In this document: positions 15,353 through 22,736 of the stretch, piece after piece
Layout: every line of letters starts with the position of its first letter
How positions within the stretch are numbered: position 1 is the first letter of the stretch
From: a virus
Taxonomy: Duplodnaviria > Caudoviricetes
DNA length: 34,193 bases
Virus record (IMG/VR): IMGVR_UViG_3300022863_000005
Location: 1-34,193 of that record
Reading direction: 5' to 3' (one strand)
Notes under the pieces: model-generated
Databases searched by the model: none
What the model saw: only the letters and a program-made list of their open reading frames with translations
Told to the model about the DNA's origin: nothing
Made by a program: the position numbers and the translations under genes

Positions 15353-16389
15353 CCGCCTATTACAATGAAATAGACGGAGCCGCTGCGCATGTCCTCGAAA
15401 GCCTTATCGAAGCTGGCACAATTGCAAATGGCATCGTGGACCGCCGATCAATTCGGGATGTTCGGCCTGCCGATCTCGACGGATTCACGCAATGCCATTT
15501 CTTCGCAGGTGGCGGATTGTGGAGCGTCGCCGCACGGCTCGCCGGATGGCCCGACGATAAGCCGCTGTGGACCGGATCCTGCCCGTGCCAACCGTTCTCG
15601 GTCGCGGGAAAAGGCGCCGGTACAGACGACGTTCGGCATTTGTGGCCCGACTTCTTTCGCCTCATCCGTGCCAGACGGCCCGCTGTCGTCATGGGAGAGC
15701 AAGTTGCGGGAAAGGCTGGCCGCGATTGGTTCCACGGAGTCCGCACTGATCTGGATGGCGGCGGATATGCCGGACGGGCGGTCGATATCCCGGCTCTCGC
15801 CGTGGACGCCCCCCATATCCGCCAACGGCTCTATTGGATCGCCGTGGCCGACGCCGCAAGCGAGGGACGGCTTTCCGCCGCACACAGCGGAATATGTGGC
15901 CAAGCACAAGGCGAACGGCCACGGCATGTCGAACCTGAACGACACTTTGAACTTCACGGGGGCGCTTTGGCCGACGCCGACCGTGGCGGATGCGCAGGGC
16001 GGTCATCTGTCGAGATCGGGAGCGCGAGGGAACGAGTTGCTGTTGAAGGGGATGATGAAAGCGGCGTGGACAACGCCTCTCGCCTCGGATGTGGCGAAAC
16101 AGTCAGAGAACCCCGAAACAACAATACGGAGGCTCGCGGCAGGCCGGCAGGTTGGATTGAACGCGCATATTGCGCTCACAGAGTACGCAACGGCTCTTAT
16201 TGGTCCGACGCCGATTGGATCAAATGCCACGACGGAAAAGCGCGGCGCACCAAACCCGACCTTCGCCTGCTGGTTGATGGGATGGCCGGACGAACTGATC
16301 TCTGGCGCATTGCGGGGAATAGCATCGTTCCGCAGCTCGCGGCGGAAGTCCTCCGGGCGTTCCTCGAAACCGAAGGGATAGCCGCATGA
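15349..16389 (+). CDS. C5-cytosine DNA methyltransferase, catalytic (alpha) polypeptide
   Basis: FFAGGG (motif I), GSCPCQPFS (IV), GEQV (VI), PHIRQRLYW (VIII), GNSIVP (X). Motif IX is not evident in this frame. Confidence 0.88.
   Translation: MTAYYNEIDGAAAHVLESLIEAGTIANGIVDRRSIRDVRPADLDGFTQCHFFAGGGLWSVAARLAGWPDDKPLWTGSCPCQPFSVAGKGAGTDDVRHLWPDFFRLIRARRPAVVMGEQVAGKAGRDWFHGVRTDLDGGGYAGRAVDIPALAVDAPHIRQRLYWIAVADAASEGRLSAAHSGICGQAQGERPRHVEPERHFELHGGALADADRGGCAGRSSVEIGSARERVAVEGDDESGVDNASRLGCGETVREPRNNNTEARGRPAGWIERAYCAHRVRNGSYWSDADWIKCHDGKARRTKPDLRLLVDGMAGRTDLWRIAGNSIVPQLAAEVLRAFLETEGIAA
15389..16381 (+). CDS. Nested +1-frame ORF: putative beta polypeptide of the methyltransferase (TRD-like repeats + motif IX)
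   Basis: 330 aa open, GGAG at 15376-15379, three W(P/T)TP repeats, PNPTFACWLMGWPD motif IX-like segment. Confidence 0.72.
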   Translation: MSSKALSKLAQLQMASWTADQFGMFGLPISTDSRNAISSQVADCGASPHGSPDGPTISRCGPDPARANRSRSREKAPVQTTFGICGPTSFASSVPDGPLSSWESKLRERLAAIGSTESALIWMAADMPDGRSISRLSPWTPPISANGSIGSPWPTPQARDGFPPHTAEYVAKHKANGHGMSNLNDTLNFTGALWPTPTVADAQGGHLSRSGARGNELLLKGMMKAAWTTPLASDVAKQSENPETTIRRLAAGRQVGLNAHIALTEYATALIGPTPIGSNATTEKRGAPNPTFACWLMGWPDELISGALRGIASFRSSRRKSSGRSSKPKG

Positions 16390-16715
16390 ACGCGCCTCTG
16401 GTTTACACGCCCGACGAGGCGGCGCTCGTTCTCAAGTGCAGCCCGGCGCATGTCCGCGCGATGATCGGACGCGGGGAAATTCCGGCTTTCCGTCTTGGCG
16501 GGAAGCTGCTTAGAATTCGCGCCGAGGATCTGGAGGCGCTCACATGCCCGTCGAATACAAGCTCCAGCGATTGCGCGGCGGATGGTGCATCTCCGCCTAT
16601 GAAGGCGGAAAGCGAGTCAGCCGCCGACAGCTTGACGCGGGCAATGCGGCAGATGCGGCGGTCGAGTTCGCGCAAACCGTCGCCATCGCCAGCAAACCCG
16701 TCGACCCAACCGTGA
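16386..16715 (+). CDS. xis: Excisionase-like HTH protein
   Basis: YTPDEAALVLKCSPAHVRAMIGRGEIPAFRLGGKLLRI, directly before the integrase. Confidence 0.8.
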   Translation: MNAPLVYTPDEAALVLKCSPAHVRAMIGRGEIPAFRLGGKLLRIRAEDLEALTCPSNTSSSDCAADGASPPMKAESESAADSLTRAMRQMRRSSSRKPSPSPANPSTQP

Positions 16716-17542
16716 GCCAGATATGGGCGGCCTATCGCGCGGATCGGGCAGGGCGCCGCATCGCGGAAAACATGGAGTGGTCAGGCCGCGCAATCCTGCC
16801 CGTGTTCGGCGCCATGAAGCCCATGGCGATTGAGGCGAAGGACTGCCGCGCCTATGCAAAGGCCAGAGCGAAGGCGGGGCGCCAGTCTGGTACGATCTGC
16901 ACCGAGCTGGCGCACCTTCGCGTGGCGCTCGCATGGGCGGTCAAGGCGCGCATCATTCGAGAGGCGCCCTATATCGAGCGCCCGCAGTTGCCGCCGCCCA
17001 AAGAGCGCCACCTGACGCGCGGCGAGGCTGAGCGCGTGATCGCCGCCGCCGTCGCGCCGCATGTGCGCCTGTTTATCGTGCTCGCGATCTCGACCGCCGC
17101 TCGAGCGACGGCATTGCTTGAACTAAAATGGGACAGGATCGACTTCGAGCGCGGCCTGATCGTGCTGGGCGACCCTGACCGGACGCGGCGCCAAAAGGGC
17201 AGGGCGACGGTCCCGATGACGAATACGGCGCGCGCCGCGCTGTCGGCGGCCAAGGAAGGCGCGCGGACGGAATTCGTGATCGAGCACGGCGGCGCGCCGA
17301 TCAAGAGCGCGAAGAAAGGCGTTGCGGAGGCCGCGCGCCGGGCTGGCGTCAAGGGATGTACGCCGCACGTCTTTCGCCACACGGCTGCCGTGTGGATGGC
17401 GGAAGACGGCGTCCCGATGGCGAAGATTGCCGCGCTGCTAGGCCATTCGGACGAAAACACCACGGCGCGCGTCTATGCGAAATTTTCGCCGGATCATTTG
17501 AGAGGCGCGAGCGCGTCGCTGGAAATGAAAATTTTGAAGTGA
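16544..17542 (+). CDS. int: Tyrosine integrase
   Basis: GGAGG RBS; catalytic TAAR, K (QKGR), HVFRHT, LGHS, VYAK. Confidence 0.93.
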   Translation: MPVEYKLQRLRGGWCISAYEGGKRVSRRQLDAGNAADAAVEFAQTVAIASKPVDPTVSQIWAAYRADRAGRRIAENMEWSGRAILPVFGAMKPMAIEAKDCRAYAKARAKAGRQSGTICTELAHLRVALAWAVKARIIREAPYIERPQLPPPKERHLTRGEAERVIAAAVAPHVRLFIVLAISTAARATALLELKWDRIDFERGLIVLGDPDRTRRQKGRATVPMTNTARAALSAAKEGARTEFVIEHGGAPIKSAKKGVAEAARRAGVKGCTPHVFRHTAAVWMAEDGVPMAKIAALLGHSDENTTARVYAKFSPDHLRGASASLEMKILK

Positions 17543-17546
17543 GGGA

Positions 17547-17900
17547 ATGATGGACAAACTAGATACCGTAATCCAGCAATTCGGAGAGTATGCGGAGCGC
17601 GTCACAGATGACCTGCTCCACTACAAAATCGTGGCCGCCAGCGCCCTGCGTGTCGCGGATGAGCGGCAGGATCGCATTGATGAAATGGAGGTCGAGATCG
17701 AAGGAAACAACGAGCGCATCAGGCAGTTGGAAGCTGCGCTTGATAGGATTGAAAAAAACGACACGATCCGCATTGAAGAACACGATCCAATATATGGGAA
17801 ATTTGCGCGGATCGCACGCGATGCCAAAAATGGAGTGCTCCAAGGTTCAAGCGAACCCGTCTCCGTAGCGCAAAGCCCTTTAGATGGCGCTGATACGTGA
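17547..17900 (+). CDS. Hypothetical coiled-coil protein between int and attP
   Basis: 117 aa, GAGGGA RBS, acidic heptads. Confidence 0.62.
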   Translation: MMDKLDTVIQQFGEYAERVTDDLLHYKIVAASALRVADERQDRIDEMEVEIEGNNERIRQLEAALDRIEKNDTIRIEEHDPIYGKFARIARDAKNGVLQGSSEPVSVAQSPLDGADT

Positions 17901-17953
17901 ACACAACGCGCACATGGCACAAACGAAGCGTGAAAAACATGGGGCGCGCTCTA

Positions 17954-17998
17954 TTGGTAAGGGAGAGGTCCGGGGTTCAAATCCCCGTCGCAGCACCA
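17954..17998 (+). other. attP core: 3' half of tRNA-Thr(GGT), anticodon loop to CCA
   Basis: TTGGTAA-GGGAG-AGGTC-CGGGG-TTCAAAT-CCCCG-TCGCAGC-A-CCA. No matching 5' acceptor strand or D-arm upstream. Confidence 0.88.
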
Positions 17999-18002
17999 TT
18001 AA

Positions 18003-18015
18003 AATCAACGGTTTA
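18003..18015 (+). promoter_or_regulatory. IHF-binding site in the attP arm
   Basis: AATCAACGGTTTA matches WATCAANNNNTTR. Confidence 0.7.
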
Positions 18016-18038
18016 ACCCATTAAAATAATGTGATCCT

Positions 18039-18078
18039 AGGTTCATTTGAACCTGTAAGGATTGCTTACAGGTTCAAA
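18039..18078. repeat. Overlapping inverted repeats of AGGTTCA (candidate Int arm sites and/or RNA hairpin)
   Basis: AGGTTCA-TT-TGAACCT at 18039-18054; perfect 14-bp IR at 18046-18059/18065-18078; related AGGTTCAAGCGAACCC at 17843-17858 on the other side of the core. Confidence 0.75.
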
Positions 18079-18085
18079 AACGCAC

Positions 18086-18118
18086 AAAAAAGCCCCGCCA
18101 GCGCGAGCCAGCGGGGCT
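18086..18118 (-). terminator. Intrinsic terminator ending the late/lysis transcript
   Basis: Minus strand AGCCCCGC-N12-GCGGGGCT followed by TTTTT. Confidence 0.78.
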
Positions 18119-18166
18119 ATCGTCCATCCCCTGCGTCGTGTCAGCAAAACAGGGAAGGGGCGAATT

Positions 18167-18397
18167 TCATGGCGTGCCGAACCAGATCAGCAGCGCGTGC
18201 CATTTCGCGGCGACGATGACGCCCGCGCCGCTCGCTCCAAGGAGACCGACGCCAACCTTGCCGATCTTCGCGACGCCGCGCCCTTCCACCATCATGTTGT
18301 ACATCGCGTCGATCTTCGGTTTCATGTCGGCGAGCTGGTGTTCCAGGATCGCGACGCGTTCGTGCATGTCGGGGGATTCGTCGCAGGCTGGAGACAT
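18167..18397 (-). CDS. Small membrane protein of the lysis cassette (coiled coil + C-terminal TM)
   Basis: MSPACDESPDMHERVAILEHQL... with a hydrophobic C-terminus; TGAGGG RBS. Confidence 0.65.
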   Translation of the reverse strand: MSPACDESPDMHERVAILEHQLADMKPKIDAMYNMMVEGRGVAKIGKVGVGLLGASGAGVIVAAKWHALLIWFGTP

Positions 18398-18407
18398 GGC
18401 GCGGCCC

Positions 18408-18953
18408 TCACTTGCGCGGCTTGTCGATTGGGAGCGTATCGAGCGCGACGCCCGTAAAACGCTCATAGGTGCGCAGGCCCGCAATCGAGGTCCAGACCAG
18501 CAGGAACGAATTTACCAGCGTGTCAGGGAGCGGCGGCAGATGCACGGCGAAGGCCGCGACCTGGTAGATGAAGATGGCCGGCCCGAAAGCCCAGCCGGCG
18601 GCCGGGCGCCAGCCGCCATAATAGAAGCGAAGCCATGAAGGCCCCGGCGCGTTCAATTCCGCGTTGTTCTGATCGACCTGCAATTGAGCGAAGGCGAGCG
18701 CGGTCTTTCGCGCATCCTCCAGCGACGCCAATTTGTCGCTCGACTGCGAATCTGTGGTAACGCGCTCGGTTATCGTGGCCGGCGGCGCATCGGCGGGAAG
18801 GCCCAGCGACGCGGCGATCTGGCCGACGACACTTCCCGCGACATTCCCGGCAATGGCGCCCGCCGGTCCGCCGATCAGGCCGCCGAGGATTGGCAATCCC
18901 TTTTGCAGCAGTGACGCAGCGAGGGCTTCAAGGTCTTTCGGATCGAACGCCAT
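18408..18953 (-). CDS. Holin (GTA-type 3TM holin-like)
   Basis: Start MAFDPKDL; GWRPAAGW...GLRTYER motif with hydrophobic helices; follows the endolysin. Confidence 0.75.
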   Translation of the reverse strand: MAFDPKDLEALAASLLQKGLPILGGLIGGPAGAIAGNVAGSVVGQIAASLGLPADAPPATITERVTTDSQSSDKLASLEDARKTALAFAQLQVDQNNAELNAPGPSWLRFYYGGWRPAAGWAFGPAIFIYQVAAFAVHLPPLPDTLVNSFLLVWTSIAGLRTYERFTGVALDTLPIDKPRK

Positions 18954-18954
18954 A

Positions 18955-19683
18955 TCAGGATTCCTTTGCGACTGCGGAAAAGGCGGCGGCGCGCTGCGAC
19001 TGGCGCCATGCGATGAAGGCGAGAATAGCGACGCCAAGCACGGCGACGACGGCCAGAACGATGATGGTGGAGTGCGAGCCGCCAGACGACGCATGGACGG
19101 TCGCAACTGATCCCGTCACGGTCCCGTGAGCCGCCGCGCTCGCGCCGGCTTTATCACTGCTTGCCGACGCGGCGGATGCCTCTTTTTTCAGGGCGGGCGG
19201 GATTGCGGCGGGCGCGACGCCAGAACTGGCCAGCGCCCATTTGACACCGAGCGCCTCGATTTGCGCGACGCGGGCGCCCCACCCCTTGCCAAAAAAGCGC
19301 CATGTGCGCAGGCCGTGCAGGATCGACCCCCGCCGCCCACAGATCGCCTTGACGCGAGGGGCGGGCGCAAGGCCAAGCGACGCCGTAAGCGCTTTCTTGG
19401 CCGCGCCGACGCCGCTGTTCACGCCATAGTCGAAAGCCGCCAGGTCAACGCCGGCAGGGAGCGCGTCGCCGCCAACCGGCGCCCAATACCCGTCCCGGTA
19501 GATGCGCAAGACTTCGGCGTCAGAGATATGCTTCAGATCGTCAATCGTCGCGCCGGGCTCGTAGCGCCGAAAGGTCGCGAGCGTGACCCCCTCCATCGTC
19601 GCGCCGCCGGGGTCGTGTGCATCGTTTGAGAATTTCCCCTCAAATCGCAGAGTGACGGGTAAGCATGCTGATAGATCGGACAT
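18955..19683 (-). CDS. Endolysin, glycoside hydrolase family 108, with C-terminal TM helix
   Basis: FEGKFSNDAHDPGGATMEGVT, FDYGVNSG, FGKGW; C-terminal IIVLAVVAVLGVAILAFIAW. Confidence 0.9.
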   Translation of the reverse strand: MSDLSACLPVTLRFEGKFSNDAHDPGGATMEGVTLATFRRYEPGATIDDLKHISDAEVLRIYRDGYWAPVGGDALPAGVDLAAFDYGVNSGVGAAKKALTASLGLAPAPRVKAICGRRGSILHGLRTWRFFGKGWGARVAQIEALGVKWALASSGVAPAAIPPALKKEASAASASSDKAGASAAAHGTVTGSVATVHASSGGSHSTIIVLAVVAVLGVAILAFIAWRQSQRAAAFSAVAKES

Positions 19684-19695
19684 TAAAAACCCTCC

Positions 19696-19914
19696 TCAAA
19701 ATCGCGGATTGCCCGGCAACGGGATGCCATTTAAAGCCGTCAGCGCGGGCCCTGGGCGCGGACGCCGCGCGCGCACGATCCAGTCGCTGCACCAGGAGCG
19801 CGCTGTGACGGGATCGACGCCTTCCGCGCGCACCGGACATCCGGTCTCGAACAGGTTGCAATTTTCGCAGGCAGGCCCGAGCTGCGGGCTATCGTGTGTG
19901 ATTGAACGCGTCAT
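19696..19914 (-). CDS. Small Cys-containing hypothetical protein (MTRSITHDS...)
   Basis: CENC...C...WC; fills the gap between tailspike and endolysin. Confidence 0.5.
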   Translation of the reverse strand: MTRSITHDSPQLGPACENCNLFETGCPVRAEGVDPVTARSWCSDWIVRARRPRPGPALTALNGIPLPGNPRF

Positions 19915-19916
19915 GG

Positions 19917-22019
19917 TCACCGGTCCGGCATGATGGTGGAAACGAGATAGGTCAGCGCGCCATTGCCGCCGATTGTCTTCTTGGCGCGCCAGAACCATCC
20001 GGGAGGCACGCGCGCGGAAATCGTCGAGTTGAGAGCGGCGGGAACGGATACCGGCGTCGCCAGATATTGCGAGATGGCAGAATAAATCGCCCGACTGTCC
20101 TGCAAATCAATCTGCACCGAAACATTGCCTGTTGTCCCCGGCACAAGATTAAACGTCACATAGACAATGATCGGGACTCCATAATTATTCTGCAACAGAG
20201 AATTATCTGTAATAGATACTGTAAGCGGAAGGTTTATATTCCCACCGCACACCACTTCATTGAGCACGCCGCCCCAGGTGATCGAAACGCCGTTCGTTAC
20301 GTCATTGCCGATTTCCACGCGGTTTTCGACCGCCGATCCCTTGAATTCCCAGACGCCATTCACGAAGCCGACGCGAAACGTATTGTAGGAGCCGCCAATG
20401 GTCGCGCACCTGCCGGAAGCGCCCGCCGCCGACGATGGCGCATCGAGGGTCCATTCGTATGTATTATTATTGTCGTTGGAGGCATCGACGTTGGCATTGA
20501 TGACATTGGCGAAGCTATTCTGGATGTAAACAAAGTTATCATTGAAGGCGCCCGTCGCCGCATCGACCGACGCCTGTTGATAGCCTACGCCACCAAAAGC
20601 AACTTGCCCGAAAGAGTAGTAATTCATCTGGTTTTGTTGGCCGCCCGAATAGGTCACGGTGCGGGAGGATGCGGCCAGCGTTGTCGACGCATTGGAGACC
20701 AGCGTGACTTGGGTAGCGGAAATATAAGACGCGATATACGTCACCAACGTCGCGCCAGCCGCGCCCGCGCCAGGGACGGAGATGTTCTTTCCAACATCGT
20801 TCGCAGTGAAGGCCGCGCCAGCGATGGTCAGGGTGTTTGTGCCCGACGCGATTGAGCAATTGGCGGTAATCGTCGTCGTGAACGGCGACGCCGTATTGGT
20901 CTGGTCCATGTAAATGTTATTGCGCGTGAACGCTATAACTGTCCCGATTTCAATTTTTGAAAATTGAACGCATCTGAAAACCGCGCCGTCGCAACCAGAG
21001 CCATTGACCGACGCCGGGAGCGCCAGATTGCCGTTCTTGGCGCGCACTGTGCCGATTTTAATGTCGTAGCCCCAATTGCGGTAGGATTTGACATTGCCGA
21101 AGATGATGCAAGCGCCGGTCGTCGGCGTATAAAGCAGATAAGGAATATGAAACTTGATCGGAACCGTCGTCGTAAGCGTTGATCCGATGGCATAGACTTG
21201 CCCCGGAAGACCAACGACTTCACCTGCCCGCCCCTCGGTCGCGATGCCGACTTGCTGCGCATAGTTGATGACATTTTGCATGGCCGTACTGTCGTCGGTC
21301 ACGCCATCGCCCGTCGCGCCCAATTGCTCGGGATAGATCGTCGGGCTTTTGATGACCCAATAGGCTCCGTCTGCGCTTTGAAAATAGGCGGCATGAGACG
21401 GCGCGGAACCGGCGCGCCGATAGAGCGCGCCGCCGATCCCAGGCGTCGTGTAGCCGAGCGTGACGACTGTTTGAATCGAACCGTTGATCGAGGCCGCGAC
21501 TGCCGTCGCGCGGTTGTCGAAATATTGCGTGGCGCCGGAAACCAAAGCGGACGGCTGCACTCTTTGCCATGTGCCGCCGGTGAACAGCACATAGTCGCCG
21601 CCGTTCCATGACGAAATGCCGTTAAGCGTCGTCGAGCCGCCGACAGAAACGACGTAATAGGTGTTCGACGTGCCTGTACTGGACGTCAGCGTCGGCGTGT
21701 TGGTCGCGGCATTCCAAGTCCCGATGCAGGAGATCGCGCCCGTGAGCGACGCCGGCAGGTTGGCGACGGTAAGTTGCGGGATGTCTGACGCTAGCAGGGC
21801 GCGAAATGAGGGCGTCCCCGCCGACCCGCCGGGCGTCGCCCATACGCTGGCGGCAGGGTTTGAGGCCGTCGCGATTTCGAGCGCCCCAAGCCGTGAATCA
21901 GCATCCGTGCCGAAAGCGCGAATATCCGCTTTCGCGGGCGGGTTATAGCCGCTGGTCGGGACGCCATCCGTCACGAAATCGCGGAATGCGGCATCGCAGA
22001 GCGCCTTGGTGCTGCCCAT
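19917..22019 (-). CDS. Tail spike/fibre receptor-binding protein with beta-helix (pectate-lyase-like) domain
   Basis: 700 aa; GATGDGVTDDSTAMQ beta-helix entry motif; N/T/S/V-rich repeats; last tail gene. Confidence 0.82.
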   Translation of the reverse strand: MGSTKALCDAAFRDFVTDGVPTSGYNPPAKADIRAFGTDADSRLGALEIATASNPAASVWATPGGSAGTPSFRALLASDIPQLTVANLPASLTGAISCIGTWNAATNTPTLTSSTGTSNTYYVVSVGGSTTLNGISSWNGGDYVLFTGGTWQRVQPSALVSGATQYFDNRATAVAASINGSIQTVVTLGYTTPGIGGALYRRAGSAPSHAAYFQSADGAYWVIKSPTIYPEQLGATGDGVTDDSTAMQNVINYAQQVGIATEGRAGEVVGLPGQVYAIGSTLTTTVPIKFHIPYLLYTPTTGACIIFGNVKSYRNWGYDIKIGTVRAKNGNLALPASVNGSGCDGAVFRCVQFSKIEIGTVIAFTRNNIYMDQTNTASPFTTTITANCSIASGTNTLTIAGAAFTANDVGKNISVPGAGAAGATLVTYIASYISATQVTLVSNASTTLAASSRTVTYSGGQQNQMNYYSFGQVAFGGVGYQQASVDAATGAFNDNFVYIQNSFANVINANVDASNDNNNTYEWTLDAPSSAAGASGRCATIGGSYNTFRVGFVNGVWEFKGSAVENRVEIGNDVTNGVSITWGGVLNEVVCGGNINLPLTVSITDNSLLQNNYGVPIIVYVTFNLVPGTTGNVSVQIDLQDSRAIYSAISQYLATPVSVPAALNSTISARVPPGWFWRAKKTIGGNGALTYLVSTIMPDR

Positions 22020-22046
22020 TGCAAAAGCTCCAGATTTTCGGGGGTT

Positions 22047-22721
22047 TTAGAAAACTTCGATCAGATCGAGCGTCACGTCGGCGACGCCGCCAATCGTGAT
22101 TTTCTGCCGCGCCGTGTCGTCCGCGCTAAGCCGCATCATGCATTTTGGATTTTCAAAATCGAGCACGGTCCCCGCGCCCCATGCGGCGCGAAGCGGCGGC
22201 GAAAACGCGACCGTATAACTGTTGACGCCATTCCAGACGACGCCGGTCACGATATGCATTTCGGTCCCGCCGACGCCGAAATATTGCCCCGGCTGAGGCT
22301 CGCTGATCGTGCTGACCAAAATAGACAGGGCGCCACGCGCCGCGCCTGCGCTTAGCGTAAGGGGACCGGAAAGGGGAAGTGCATCGAATGATGCCCCGTC
22401 CGAAAACAGAGTCCCGTCCGAAAACGCCACAGTCATAATCTCGTCAATGACAGACGGCGTAAGTTGATCGAACGGCCCGATGATGAGTGACCCGGAGCGG
22501 CCATTCAATGCGGCGGCGAGGGCGCGCCAGAACAACATCCGTTTCGGGTCTTTGGTTGTTCCCCAAATCCGAAACGTCATGCTGGCGCGCCAGCGTGCGG
22601 CAGGCGTCGCGACAATCCTCTCATTCCCTAGGATCGTCTGGCCGCCAGATTTGGTCGGGTATTCGATCCACCAATCGATAGAATTCGGCGCGATATAATC
22701 GGGCCAGGCCAGCGCCGTCAT
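22047..22721 (-). CDS. Distal-tail-like minor tail protein
   Basis: MTALAWP...RWRASMTF...FSPPLRAA...FENPKCMMRL...LIEVF, resembling alphaproteobacterial phage Dit-like proteins. Confidence 0.68.
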   Translation of the reverse strand: MTALAWPDYIAPNSIDWWIEYPTKSGGQTILGNERIVATPAARWRASMTFRIWGTTKDPKRMLFWRALAAALNGRSGSLIIGPFDQLTPSVIDEIMTVAFSDGTLFSDGASFDALPLSGPLTLSAGAARGALSILVSTISEPQPGQYFGVGGTEMHIVTGVVWNGVNSYTVAFSPPLRAAWGAGTVLDFENPKCMMRLSADDTARQKITIGGVADVTLDLIEVF

Positions 22722-22736
22722 TTCACACCCCGATCA

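Noticed and set aside
17935-17949. CATGGGGCGC next to the att core resembles the operator centre
   Set aside because: Lacks both ATGC and GCAT palindromic arms; probably chance.
17925-17998. Complete tRNA-Thr gene
   Set aside because: No 5' acceptor strand (GCTGCGA) or D-arm, and the anticodon stem is mismatched; it is an att core only.
18039-18078. GTTC/GAAC motifs as an SOS (LexA) box
   Set aside because: Spacing and orientation do not match the alphaproteobacterial GTTC-N7-GTTC direct repeat.
19917-22019. Diversity-generating retroelement target (Mtd-like module in the spike)
   Set aside because: No reverse transcriptase and no TR/VR repeat pair with adenine-specific mismatches seen. 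The 13783/24998 duplication differs at synonymous sites, not specifically at adenines.
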